This document shows, one piece after another, positions 27,880 to 42,383 of a stretch of 64,000 nt of DNA. The DNA is taken from assembly GCF_009914755.1 (NCBI RefSeq), contig NC_060932.1. One strand, written 5' to 3'. The position numbers and the translations under genes are program-made. The notes below the pieces were generated by a model. That model was not told where the DNA came from, searched no databases, and was given only the letters and a program-made list of their open reading frames with translations. The stretch is from the human T2T-CHM13v2.0 reference genome, Homo sapiens. How positions within the stretch are numbered: position 1 is the stretch's first letter; each line of letters opens with the position of its first letter.

Positions 27880-28240
27880 TTTTATATGTGGATAAGCAAA
27901 TGTCTCAGCATGTTTTGTTGAATTTTTTCACTGATCTGTATTGTCACCCTTTTCATATATCAAGCTTGCTTATACATGTGAGTCTGGTTCTAAGTTCTCT
28001 ATTCTTCTTCGTTAGTCTATTTGTGTATAACTGTGCTGATTCCACATTGTCTTAATTATTAGTCTTATAATAATTTGATATTTGATTAAACCTAATCTTC
28101 TGATTTGTTGTTTTTCAAAATTTCCAGGATTCATGTCATGATAGCGTCATGACCATTCTTGGCTTATAGGTGGTCAAATTACATGACAAACCTTATTGGA
28201 AATTTATTTTGAATTGCATTGAATTTATAGATTAATCTAA
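27880..28240 (-). mobile_element. Old LINE-1 ORF2 fragment
   Basis: GAATTGCATTGAATTTATAGATTAAT and CCACATTGTCTTAATTATT. Confidence 0.6.
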
Positions 28241-31200
28241 ATGATACTGAGTTAGTGTAACTATGAACTAAGTTACATTTGAAATTCTTTGTGTTGATTC
28301 TGGAGTGTTTACTCATTTATTCATTCACCACCAAGATGGCATACGGTAAGAACACAGGATGGTGCAGCTGAGCTTGGGTGAAAGAAAAAGATCATTGAAG
28401 GACAGAACACCAAGGAATTATATTGCTGCAGTTGCACTGAAGATTATCTATGTTTCATTTGAAGTCATAAAGAATTATGATTGGGGCAGGGTTGACAGGG
28501 TTAGAGAAAGTGAAAACAAGCTGCTAGCTAAAATCTTTAAGGAATCCTGAAAAAATCCAAGGACGTATATATGACTTGAAAAAGAAATGAGTGCATGTGG
28601 AATAATGTAATGATTTTAGATTCAAATTTGAGAGGCTTTTATGTTGGAGAGGGACACTATGGTTTGGAAGAAGCTATGACAGTTGTTCAAACAAACCTTA
28701 CACTCATGTGAGGGCAGACCTGTGGTTACTCGGAGGAGTTTGTGGTCATTGTTTTTGCACCCAAAGTCCAGGTAAAGACAGGCAATCTTGTTTATAATTT
28801 CTTGTGCTGGTATGTTTTTAAAAAATATATAGTTCACCTTTTCCTTGAGAATATAGCTCTTCAGTCTTGGCTTTGTAGGGAGGATTTTTGGTTCTTACTT
28901 TACTTTGACCAGTCTCAAGACCTTTTCTCTTGACAGGATTGGCGACTAAAACCCAAGTCCCTTTGTTCCTGAGTTTGCTTTGCTTTCACCCCTATTCCAG
29001 CAAAATTATCAAGTTCCTCTTTATAATGTGGTTTTTAATATCTTTATTTGACTTCTGAGATATGCTTTCTTTCCTTTAGGCCTTATTCGTCAAATATGTA
29101 TTTAAAAAGATGTCTTATATATTTTCCAGCATTTTAAGCTGCTTTGAATTAGTTAGTCATGGTGCTAAAAATGGGAATTCCTTGCACTTGCTCTTTCTCC
29201 CTCAAAATGAACAAGGAAAAAAGTTTATGTGAAGACCAAAACTTACCATATAATATTATAAAATAAATGGAAACTAGCAACACATATAATCACTGCAACA
29301 TTTTTGGACTTCTGTAAAAATGGCCCATTTTTCTACCACACTTTACACATCAACATATGTTGTTCAAATATTTGAAATGATGCAGTGATTTCATTTCTAC
29401 TTTGTGAAACACATATTACAAGTTGCCCAATCATATACATTTATGCAGGTAGTTATTTTCTCAAGCAATAGACTAGCATATGCATGTGTACAAAAGCATG
29501 GACACTTAAATATTTGAACAACACTCACATTGTATTTTAATAAAATAAAAGTGATTTTTTCTCTTTTTCACTGTTGTATGATGGCAATTAAATATCAGTT
29601 GAACTCAACTTGTAAAATTCTCTCATCACACATTTGAATCAAACTTCATTAATAGATTGGCCCAAAAGAGTATCCTATAGGTGCAGGCAAACAAGGCCCA
29701 GATACCAGTCTATGTGTGGGCCCCCACTCCCTCCCACTTTTTGGAGAGATTTCTAGTAATTTTCTAAGACGCCCTGCCAAGGCTTCGACTGTTAGTACAG
29801 CAGTGCCTTCCAGGCAAAGTATGTAAGCATAAGCTCTTTCTCCAATCCTCCACCCACCTGTGGACTCAACTAGATGCTTGGAGAAGCCCTGGAAATTGGG
29901 CACCCATGTCACTTCCTGGAGGGTGGCCTCCCAACCCATCATTCTCTCAGCAGGTACCTAATTTCTTTCTCCAGATAAAGCACCAACAGAAAGGTGCTGA
30001 AACAGTGATTTGGAGAGAGTAACATAGTTCTGCAGACAAGTGACCCACACTAAAACATTTTCCCACATGCCTTATGGTACGGATGAGGAAGGAGTCCATA
30101 GATGTGCTATGAAAACATTCTCCCTCCTACTCCATCTCTCTAGTCTGCACTTTTGAGAGTAAATACCAATGAGCAACTTAACCACGGTCACTTATTCTTT
30201 TCATGAAAGTGATTCCAGTAAGATTCTCAAGGGATGAAAAATCTTAGAAGAGACACAGTAACTCTCCTGTCCACCTATTCTTAGGAGGGAATATTTACCT
30301 CCACTGTCCACTGTTGCTGTAAGAACTCGGGGAAAATAAAGCCCAGTTCCCTTAGCTTGCTATTGGTTCACAAGTGTGAAGGCAGAGCCCCAGAGCCCCC
30401 ATGTGATCAGGTGCTGAGCCAAGTGCACTTGATGAAGGATGGTGGGAAAAGTGCCAATAAATCTGTGTCTTTTTCTTTTTCTTATAGTCCAAATGCCAAA
30501 ACATGGTGAGAGAGAGGCCATTTTCACTGATTTCTGGCCCATTCAGAAATACTAGAAATCTCCGAAGAAGTAGTTTTAGGGAAATTTACAGTTCAATTTT
30601 GCTGACCCAGTAGGTTTAGATGAGAATTGAACTGTATTATTGGTTTGTGACATTTTTCTTTGTTTGGGGGGACAGAGGACTGATTGTGAAGGAGGCTCTG
30701 AAAACCCATCAAAATCTGTTCACAATGATGTATCAATGTGAAAATGTACTGTAAACAAAGACACTGGGGGGAAAAATCCTTCTCATTTTAAAATTTTTTA
30801 TTTTTATGTTTCCTGGACTACTCCTGTCTGAGACTGAAAAGCAAATAGAGAAACATAGTGATTTAAGCACAATAGCAGTAGATACAAATCAATTGTTATC
30901 CAGTTTTACTTCATTATGAGTGGGATCTTTGGAGCTATTAATTCACTATTCACAACCTCATATAAATAAAGAAGAATGATAGAAACATGCATTTAATTAT
31001 TTACTTTCTGCCTTGGGATTAGAGAAGTCTCTGCAGTGGTCTTACTACAGAATCACCCATCAGGCCTCTGAGGAAATGACAGAGAGCACAATATGGGTGA
31101 CCTGGGGGCTTGTCATCTTATACTCTATGAAACAGGAAGAAAGATATGAGGGGTTCGGGAAGCCCATCCTCCATATTTCAGAAGACTTAAGAGTTGGAAT

Positions 31201-31726
31201 CAGTTTCATCACCCCTCCTGCCCCCTCTGATAACCCCATTTTGTATTCTTCACGTGAGGCCTTGGAAAGAATGGCGGCCTGTCTGAGAAACTGACCAGCT
31301 GCCTTGGAGACACTGGGGCTGAGTTCTCCTGAAGCACATTGCCAAAATCTTGTTGATGTAGAAAGAAATTTGAAAGGTAAACTGCAAAAGGGAGAGAGAA
31401 TGGGAGAAGGGGAGAAAGAGGGAATAGCAAATGGGCAGGGAGGGGTATCTATTTATTGTCTAATTGGCAGTTATTCAGATTTCTTTGTTAAAGCCCAAGG
31501 ACACAATGCTATCATCTCAAATTAATAGGCTGAACCCAAAGCAACAGGGACAACAGCAAAAGTCGCAGACAACAGAGTGAACATCCCTCCATTTCAACTG
31601 AAGCTCAGCCAATTAGTGAAATCAGTCTCCCTCAGCTCTGTGCTTTGTTTTGAGCATTTGACACATTCTCATGTTTGAGTAAACAACAACAACAAAAAAA
31701 ACCATGCAAACAATAACTGCAGGCAT

Positions 31727-32189
31727 TGTTTTTGTTTCCTAGGGCTGCCATGACAAAGTACCACAACAGCACAAATATAACGAGTGACTTACACAACAAT
31801 AATTTATTGGATCACAGTTCTAGGGGCTGGAAGTCCAAGATGAATGCGTTGACAGGTTCATTTTGAGGGTGGTGAGAAAAATCTGTTCCGTGCCTCTCCC
31901 CTAGCTTCTTATGGTTTGCTGGCACTCTTTATCATTCTTTGGCTATCGATCTATTGCCTATCTCTGCTTTCATCCTCATGTGGCATTCTTCCTATGGGTC
32001 TGTCTGTCTCTCTGTCCACATTTCTCCTATTATAAGAGCTCGGTCATGTTGGACCGGCAGCCATTCTAACCTCTTTTTAACTATATCATCTGCAAAGGCT
32101 CTATTTCCAAATAAAGTCATATTCACAGGTACTGGTGTTTAGGACTTTAACATTTTAATTTCAGGAAGTTTATAATTCATTCCACACCA
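31727..32189 (-). mobile_element. MLT1C-like MaLR solo LTR
   Basis: TG...CA termini, 463 bp, perfect 5-bp TSD GGCAT; GGGCTGCCATGACAAAGTACCAC and CTATTTCCAAATAAAGTCATATTC. Confidence 0.88.
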
Positions 32190-32459
32190 GGCATGAATGT
32201 AATAAGTAATTTAAATATAGCCTTTAACCTTGAATAGTGAAACATAGATGGATGTGGGCAGCACTGCTGGCTCTCTACCTGACATTAGGTTAAGGTGTTC
32301 ACTCCAAGGTCTAGGCTTAACAATAATGTAAATATAACTAGTTTTCAAATACTCGTCATGCCCACAATCCCTTAAGCTTTCAGGAAGCTATCAGACTTCA
32401 TCCCCAATCCTTCAGCTATACTTCACCTTCCCGGCCTACTCATCACATTATAACTACTG

Positions 32460-32700
32460 TTGATTGAGTGCTAACCAAGTGCCTAGCCATGAGCTTCGTG
32501 TTTCACACTTACATAACATGTTATAATAATTACATGAGATAGAAACAGTTCTTATCTCCATTTTGCCAAATGGGAAACCTAGCTGAGAGGTTAGGTAACT
32601 TTCTCGGCCCTCATGGCTAGTATGAGACTGAATTCAGACTTAAGCCATGTTTGTCAGAATCTGAAACCTGTGCTCATAATTACTGTGCTAATATTACTGT
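32460..32700 (-). mobile_element. MIR SINE
   Basis: ATTGAGTGCTAACCAAGTGCC...CTCCATTTTGCCAAATGGGAAAC...GAGAGGTTAGGTAACTT. Confidence 0.7.
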
Positions 32701-32724
32701 GCTAATGTTTCCCTCCTATGACAT

Positions 32725-33560
<836 letters not shown>

Positions 33561-34405
33561 TCAAAAATAAACAAATATAGCCTTTTTTTTAAAAGAACAA
33601 AATAAAGTCATAAACTTGCATTTGAATTTGGAAAACTAAATTTGAATGTAGTTCTTGTGTTATAATTGAAGTAGGTCCTAGACATATTGAAAATGACTAT
33701 CTTGTTTGATTTTGAACATTTGGGACATAATATAACATGTACCTAGTTCTGAGGATACCTATAAAGAGTGCCCCAGGTGGTATCACGGAACATAATTTGA
33801 TAACTGAAATATCTCTTGCACATAAAGCAGCATTACAGCTTTTGCTAAAAATAAATAACTTTTAAAAATACGTTAAACAATTTGTGCTCTTTTTCTACTT
33901 TTATAAAATCAAGTTTGGTTCTGCCATTTCCTTTTCACCACTCCTTGCCTGACTTTCACTTTAACTGCTTTACACCTGAGATTTTTGCCTGAGATATAAA
34001 TGGGCATATTCCCTACAAAAAGTTCTAGTCAGGAACAAAGAATAAACATTTCTCATTGAGCATAATTTGGTGAGGAAACAGGTGAGTGTACTTTTGGCAT
34101 GATGCACAATTACAAACAGCTCTCTGATCTTGAAAATTATCCTTTGATTTCACTCATATTTATTACATGTGAAATATCTTAGGAAATGAATCACCATCAC
34201 ATGATTAAAATTGTCTGTATATTTTAATTCCCAGAATTCCAGTGGGAGTAACACCCAGATCCTCTGTATGTAAAAAGGAATTGAAGAAAGGATTGGAGGT
34301 CTTAAAGAGGTAATACAAATGGATTCAGAATTCTAAAACACTAGCAACACTAAAAATGATTTCAGAACACTACAGAGCCCTGGGCAAACATTTTTGCTGG
34401 GAGGT

Positions 34406-34450
34406 TACACACATACACACACGTGCACACGCGCACACACACACACACAC
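34406..34450. repeat. (CA)n microsatellite
   Basis: ACACACATACACACACGTGCACACGCGCACACACACACACACAC. Confidence 0.9.
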
Positions 34451-34984
34451 TCCTTCCGATATTGCCCCAGTATCTGGATTTTAAGGTTAGGTAATACAAA
34501 TATAAATTTGCCTCATGATGTATCATTCAGAAGAAACTGACTATCGCGATGTTCTCAGGTACCATGTAATTTACATCGAGAAGACTATGCTGTTGAGTTG
34601 AGCCTAGGCTAGCGTTATTTCATCCTGTTTCATTCCTGTTACAACATAAGTTTACAGAAGGTTAGAGTTGGAAAGAACCTAGAGATCACTTAGCCCTCCC
34701 CCCAACCACTCTTTAAAGATAAGGACACAGGTGAAGTGAATTGCCTAAGGTCATTTGTGCTTTGCAGAGCACCCTGATCTAGAATCTGGCTCACTGGGTT
34801 CCCACACCAATGTTCTTTTCCCCATATCACAGTTGGCTCAGTAATTTTTAGGTCTGTGTTTGGAAAAGCATCTCCCTTTTATTCCAGGTGCTTCAAATTT
34901 ATATTCAGAGTCAGTTCCAGTGCCTCAAATGTGAGAGAATGTTGTTGACCATCCCTGGCTTATTTGAGTAATGTGTTTTTAGGG

Positions 34985-35095
34985 GTGGGAGGGAGAGAGA
35001 GAGAGAGAGGGAGAAGGAGAGGGAAAGAGAGGGAGAGAGAGAGAGAGAGGGAGAAGGAGAGGGAAAGAGAGAGAGAGAGAGAGACAGAGAGAAGA
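34985..35095. repeat. GA-rich simple repeat
   Basis: (GA)n interspersed with GGGAGAAGGAGAGGGAAAGA units. Confidence 0.9.
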
Positions 35096-37486
35096 ATCTT
35101 AGCAGTGAAGTACATTGTCAGTCATTTAGCTAAGACAAGGAATAGGAGAAAGACTAAGATAACTTTTCAGAGAGATCATCTGTTTATAATATGTGCTTAT
35201 ATGATCTGACAGTCTCACTTTCCAAAATTGTATTAATAAATCATCTATAGTACTGGCTGGAATAGTTAATACACTTCTTGTGCCTCAGCAGAGAGAAAAA
35301 TGGCCCTGCTTTCCTTAGCTTTATGACACATTAAGCCTAAATAGAATTAATGATTGAGCTTTGGAATCATATTTACCATGGCGAGCTCCACTTGAAGGCC
35401 GGGAGAGCTACAGAAATACAGAAGAGACTTCTTATATTATTAAAAGTAGCTTTTTAGCAGCTCAGAGAACTTTTTCCAGTTGTTGAGGTAGCATTACTTG
35501 ATGACATAAACTGTTTCAGTATGTCTCTGTATGTATGAATTTGCTATTTATGCATATCAAAGCTGTTAGGGAAATGTACATGCGTTTTTTTTTTTTAACT
35601 AGTGTTGGGTATTTTCATATTATTTAATATATTTAATGTGTTGAATCTTCCCAAGCCCTAAATACTCTTTGGAGAGAAAGAAAGATGGAGAAAGAAAGAG
35701 TGAGAGAAAAACAAAGAGAGACAGAGACAGAGAGAATGAATAGAAACACAATTCTTATTGTTCTTCAGGGACTAGTTAAAAGAAAGAAGAGGGAATCTTT
35801 ACCTTGAAACTCAAATAATTTCTGATGTTTTGTAGTCACTGGGACATTAGGAAGTAGATGAAAATGGCAAGAACAATGAAATATTTTAAAGGGTGAAAAT
35901 AAATTAAAAATTTTCTCTTACTGTTAACGCTAGTTAATTATTGAAATGTTAAGCATATTATAATTAATGAATAATTGAATCATAATTTTAATAAAAGATG
36001 AGGATTTTAAAGTTAGAGCAAAACATGTTAATTTTATTGCAACAACGTTGGAACATGTCTCATTTCTAGGGTCTCACCACTGCAGCCATCATCAAAAGTG
36101 GTTATTACCAAGACTAGATTGCAGCTCCGGACAGAGCAGCTGGCAGGGACTCATATTGTGAATTGCAGCTCCAGCTCGACTGCAAGAACAAACCAGCAAT
36201 CCCGAGAGGACCCACAGACCCTCTAAAGGAAGTGGACTGCTCCTGCAGGACCTGGGAGACACCCCAAATATTGTGAGTATCCCAACTGCAGAAGTAGGAA
36301 AAGGAGACCCTCCTCTCCCAAACGCACCCCCCCACTGTGGAGAACCTGAAGGTCTCTTTGCAGGAGAAGTTTCCGACTTTACCTGCTGAGTCAATTTCGA
36401 GAGCTGAGCAAAATACGGGGGTAGAGGAAGCAGCAGAAAGGCCGTGGGAGCTGGCTAGGTCCCCAAGCAGACCATTCCAGCCTGGCACCACAGGGATCTA
36501 TCAGGAGAGGAGCAGGGAGTAAAACTCCAAAGGGAGAAGGAAATCTCTAGCTGAACTTTGTAACAGTTTGAACAGGGTGAGAAGCCTGCTGGCCAGAGCT
36601 TGGGGAAGGCTGCCAAGCCTGCGTGCAGACTGCACAGCTGGGGGAAGAACTAAGCCCTTTTCTTTTGCAGCTGGGAGGTGAGGTGGGTATCCTGGGGCAG
36701 ATTTTCAAGCCCCTATCATTCTCCACCTGGAAATGGGCTGGGGGCTTTTGTAGGGGTCATGGTGGGAGCGAGACCGGCCCTTCGGTTTCCGTGGGAGCTG
36801 GGTGAGACCTGTGACTTCTGGCTTTCCCCTACTTCCCTGACAACCAGCATGACTCAGCAGAGGAAGCCATAATCCTCCTAGGTACACAACTCCAGTGACC
36901 TGAGACTATCACCCCCAACCCCAACAGCAGCCGCAGCAAGTCCCACCCAAGTAGAGTCTGAGCTCAGACACACCTAGCCCCTCCCCCACCTGAGGGTCCT
37001 TCCCTACTCATCCTGGTAGTGGAAGACAAACGGCATATAATCTTGGGAGTCCTAGGCCCCGCCCACCACTTATTCCTCCCCATAGTACCACAGCTCATGC
37101 TCTCTGGAAAGTGCCACCTCCTGGCAGGAGGCCAACCGGCACAAAAACAGAGCATTAAACCACCAAAGCTAGGAACCTTCACAGAGTCCATTGTACCCAC
37201 CCCACCACCTCCACTGGAACAGGCACTGGTATCCATGGCTGAGACCCATAGACAGTTCACATCACAGGACTCTGTGCAGACAACCCTCAGTATCAGCCCA
37301 AAGCTGGGTAGACTCGCTGGGTGGCTAGACCTAGAAGTGAGATAACAATCACTGCAGTTTGGCCACAGGAGGCCACATCCACAGGGAAAGGGGGAGAGTA
37401 CTACATCAAGGGAATACCCCATGGGACAAAAGAATCTGAACAACAGCCTTCAGCCCTAGACCTTCCCTCTGACAGAGCCTACCCAA

Positions 37487-38480
37487 ATGAGAAGGAAACA
37501 GAAAACCAGCCCTGGTAATATGAAAAAACAAGGCTCATCAATACTCCCAAAAAGTCACACTAATTCACCAGCAATGGATCCAAACCAAGAAGAAATTCCT
37601 GATTTACCTGAAAAAGAATTCAGGAGGTTAGTTATTAAGCTAATCAGGGAAGGGCCAGAGAAAGGCAAAGCCCCATGCAAGGAAATCCAAAAAGTGATAC
37701 AAGAAGTGAAGGAAGAAATATTCAAGAAAATGGATGGCTTAAAGAAAAAACAATAAAAATTCAGGAAACTTTGGACGCAGTTTTAGAAATGCAAAATGCT
37801 CTGGAAAGTCTCAGCACTAGAATTGAACAAGTAGATGAAAGAAATTCAGAGCTCGAAGACAAGGTCTTCAAATTAACCCAATCTAACAAAGACAAAAAAG
37901 AATAAAATATGAACAAAGCCTCCAAGATTTCTGGGATTATGTTAAATGACCAAACCTAAGAATAATTGGTGTTCCTGAGTAAGAAGAGAATTCTAAAACA
38001 TTAGAAAACAAATTTGGGAGAATAATTGAGGAGAATTTCTGCAGCCTCACTAGAGACCTAGACATCCAAATACAAGAAGCACAAAGAACACCTGGGAAAT
38101 TCATTGCAAAAAAGATAATTGCCTAGGCATATTGTCATCAGGTTATCCAAAATTAAGTCAATGGAAAGAATCTTAAGAGCTGTGAGACAAAAGCACCAGA
38201 TAACCTATAAAGGAAAACCTAACAGGTTAACAGCAGATTTCTCGGCAGAAACCCTACAAGCTAGAAGAGACTGGGGCCCTATCTTCAGCCTTCTCAAATA
38301 AAACAATCATCAGCCAAGACTTTTGTATCCAGTGAAACTAAGCATCACATATGAAGGAAAAATACAGTCTTTTTCAGACAAACAAATGCTGAAAGAATTC
38401 ACCATTACCAAGCCACCACTACAAGGACTGCTAAAAGGAGCTCTAAATCTTGAAACAAATCCTGGAAACACATCAAAATA
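37487..38480 (+). pseudogene. LINE-1 ORF1p (RNA-binding chaperone), disrupted
   Basis: MRRKQKTSPGNMKKQGS...LPEKEFRRLVIKLI; PRHIVIRLSK...ITYKGKP.RLTADFSAETLQARRDWGPIF; in-frame stops and frameshifts. Confidence 0.9.
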
Positions 38481-38587
38481 GAACCTCTTTAAAGCACAAA
38501 TCACACAGGACCTATAAAACAAAAATACAATGTAAAAAGCGAAAACAAAAAAACAAAACCCAAAATACACAGGCAATAAATAGCACA

Positions 38588-41500
38588 ATGAATGCAAAGG
38601 CACCTCACATCTCAATACTAACATTCAATGTAAATGGCCTAAATGCTCCACTTAAAAGATACAGGACTGCAGAATGGATAAGAACTCACCAACCATCTAT
38701 CTGCTGCCTTTAGAAGACTCACCTAGCACATAAGCACTCACATAAACTTAAAGTAAAGGGGTGGAAAAAGGCATTTCATGCAAATGGACACCAAAAGTGA
38801 GCAGAGGTAGCTATTCTTACATCAGACAAAACAAACTTTAAAGCAACAGCAGTTAAAAGAGACAAAGAAGGACATTATGTAATGGTAAAAGGCTTTGTCC
38901 AACAGGAAAATATCACAATCCTAAATATATATGCACCTATCACTGGAGGTCCCAAATTTGTAAAACAATTACTAATAGACTTAAGAAATGAGATAGACAG
39001 CAACATGATAATAATGGGGGACTTCAATACTCCACTGACAGCATTAGGTCATCAAGATAGGAAGTCAACAAAGAAACAATGGATTTAAACTATACCTTGT
39101 AACAAATGGATTTATATTTATATATATAGAACATTTCATCCAACAACCACAGAATACACATTCTATCCAAGAGCACATGGAACTTTCTCCAAAATAGACC
39201 ATATGATAGACCATGAAACGAACCTCAATAAATTTAAGAAAATTGAAATTATATCGAGTACTCTATCAGACCACAGTAGAATAAAACTGAAACTCAACTC
39301 CAAAAGGAACCTTCAAAACTCTGTAAATACATGGAAATTAAATAACCTGCTCCTGAATGAGCATTGGGTCAAAAACAAAATCAAGATGAAAATTTAAAAA
39401 TTATTCAAACTGAATGACAATAATGACACAACTTTTCAAAACCTCTGGGATACAGCAAAGGTGGTACTAAGAGGAACATTCATAGCCCTAAACCCCCACA
39501 TCAAAAAAGACTGAAAGTGCACAAACTGACACTCTAAGGTCACACCTCAAGAAACTAGAGAAACAAGAGCAAACCAAACCCAAACCCAGCAGAAGAAAGG
39601 AAATAACCAAGATCAGAGCAGAACTAAATAAGATTGAAACAAAAAAAATTACAAAAAATAAATGAAACAAAAAGCTGGTTCTTCAAAAAGTTAAATAAAA
39701 TTGATAGACCTTTGGCAAGATTAACCAAGAAAAGAAGAGAGAAAATCCAAATAACCTCACTAAGAAACGAAACAGGAGATATTGCAACTGACATCACTGA
39801 AATACAAAGATCATTCCAGGCTACTATGATCACCTTTACACACATAAACTAGAAAATCTAGAAGAGATGGACAAATTCCTGGAAAAATACAACCCTCCTA
39901 GCTTAAATCAGGAAGAATTAGATACCCTGAACAGACCAATAACAAGCATCAAGAATGAAATGGTAATTAAAAAATAACCAGGAAAAAAAGGCCAGGATCA
40001 GATGAATTCATAGAAGAATTCTACCAGACATTCAAAGAAGAATTGGTACCAATACTTTTGACACTATTCCACAAGATAGAGAAAGAGGGGACCCTTCCTA
40101 ATTCATTCTATGAAGCCAGCATCACCCGAATACCAAAACCAGGGAAGGACATAACCAAAAAAGAAAACCACATACCGATATTCTTGATGAACATAGATGC
40201 TAAAATCCTTAACAAAATACTAGCTAACAGAATTTGACAACATATCAAAAAGATTATCCACCATGATCAAGTGGATTTCATACCAGGGATGCAGGGATTA
40301 TTTAATATATGCAAGTCAGTAAATGTGTTACATCACATAAACAGAATTTTTAAAAAATCACATGATCATTTCAATAGATGCAGAAAAAGCATGAAACAAA
40401 ATTCAGAATCCCTTTATGATTAAAACTCTCAGGAAAATCGGCATACAAGGGACATAGCTTAATGTAATAAAAGCCATCTATGACAATCCTACAGCCAACA
40501 TAATACCGAATGGGGAAAAATTGAAAGTATTTCCTCTGAGAACTGGAATGAGACAAGGATGCCCACTCTCACCACTCCTCTTCAACATAATACTGGGGAG
40601 TCCTAGCCAGAGCAATCAGAGAAGAGAAAGAAATAAAGGGCGTCCAAATCAGCAAAAAGGAAGTCAAGCTGTCACTGTTTGCTCACAATATGATCATTTG
40701 CTTTGAAAACCATAAGGATTCCTCCAGAAATATCCTAGAACTGATAAAAGTGTTCAGCAAGGTTTCCAGATAAAAGATTAATGTGCACAAATCAGTAGCT
40801 CTTCTATACACCAGCAGCAAACAAGCAGAGAATCAAATCAAGAACCCAACCCCTTTTACAATAGCTGCAAAAAATAAAATAAAATACTTAGCAATAAACC
40901 GAGGAGTCAAAAGACCTCTACAAGGGAAACTACAAAACACTGCTGAAAGAAATCATAGATGACATGAACAAATGGAAACACATCCCATGCTCATGGATGG
41001 GTAGAATCAATATTGTGAAAATGACCATGCAGCAAAAAGCAATCTACAAATTCACTGCAATCCCCATCAAAATATCACCATCATTTTTCACAGAATTAGA
41101 AAAAACAATTCTAAAATTCATATAACATCAAAAGAGAACCCGCATAGCCAAAGCAAGATTAAGCAAAAAGAATAAATCTGGAGGCATCGCACTACCTGAT
41201 TTCAAACTACACTATAAGCCCATAGTCAGCAAAACAGCATTGTACTGGTACAAAAAGAGGTGCATAGACCAATGGAATGAATAGAGAACACAGAAATAAA
41301 CCCAAATACTTACAGTCAACTGATCTTTGACAAAGCAAACAAAAACATAAAGTGGGGAAAGGACACTCTTTTCAACAAATAGTGCTAGGATAATTGTCGA
41401 GCCACATGTAGGAGAATGAAACTGGATCCTCATCTCTCACCTTATAGAAAAATCAGCTCAGGATGGATTAAGGACTTAAATCTAAGACCTGAATATAAAA

Positions 41501-42383
41501 ATTCTAGAAGACAACATTGGAAATACCCTTCTAGACATTGGCTTAGGCAAGGCTTTCATGACCAAGAACCCAAAAGCAAATGCAATAAAAGCAAAGATAA
41601 GTAGCTGGGACCTAAGTAAACTAAAGAGCTTTTGCACAGCAAAAGGAACAGTTAGCAGGGTAAACAGACAACCCACAAAGGGGGGAGAAAACCTTCACAA
41701 TCTATACATCTGACAAAGGACTAATATTCAGAATCTGCAATGAACTCAAACAGTAAGAAAAAAACAATTCCTTCCAAAAGTGGGCTAAGGACATGAATAG
41801 ACAATTCTCAAAAGAAGATATACAAATGGCCAACAAACATGAAAAATGGCTCACCATCACTAATGATCAGGGAAATGCAAGTCAAAGCCACAATGGGATA
41901 CCACCTCACTCATGCAAGAATGGCCATAATAAAAAAAATCAAAAAACAGTAGATGTTGGCGTGGATGCAATGAACAGGGAACACTTCTACACTGCTGGTG
42001 GGAATGTATACTAGTACAGCCACTATGGAAAACAGCATAGAGATTCCTTAAATAACTAAAAGAAGAACTACCATTTGATCCCACTACTGGGTATCTACCC
42101 AGAGGAAAAGAAGTCATTCTTAGAAAAAGATACTTGCACATACATGTTTGTAGCAGCACAATTCACAATTGCGAAATCATGGAACCAACCCAAATGCCCA
42201 TCAGTCAATGAGTGGATAAAGAAACTGGTATATATACATGATGGAATACCACACAGCCATAAAAAGGAATGAGTTAACACCATTTGCAGTGACCTGGATG
42301 CGCTTGGAGACTATTATTCTAAGTGAAGTAACTCAAGAATGGAAAACCAAACGTCGTATGTTCTCACTGATATGTGGGAGTTA
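38588..42383 (+). pseudogene. LINE-1 ORF2p (endonuclease/reverse transcriptase), disrupted
   Basis: [48 protein letters not shown]; RT motif FADD degraded to FAHN near 40678-40689; many stops. Confidence 0.9.

Noticed and set aside
29280-29776. Possible ancient hAT-type DNA transposon end (CAGGGCGTC terminus on the minus strand)
   Set aside because: No partner terminal repeat or consensus match I can support; needs a Dfam search.
36092-37443. Antisense ORFs in the L1 5'UTR as ORF0
   Set aside because: ORF0 is defined for L1PA 5'UTRs; this is an L1PB-type 5'UTR and I recognise no ORF0 similarity. GC-richer sequence explains open frames.
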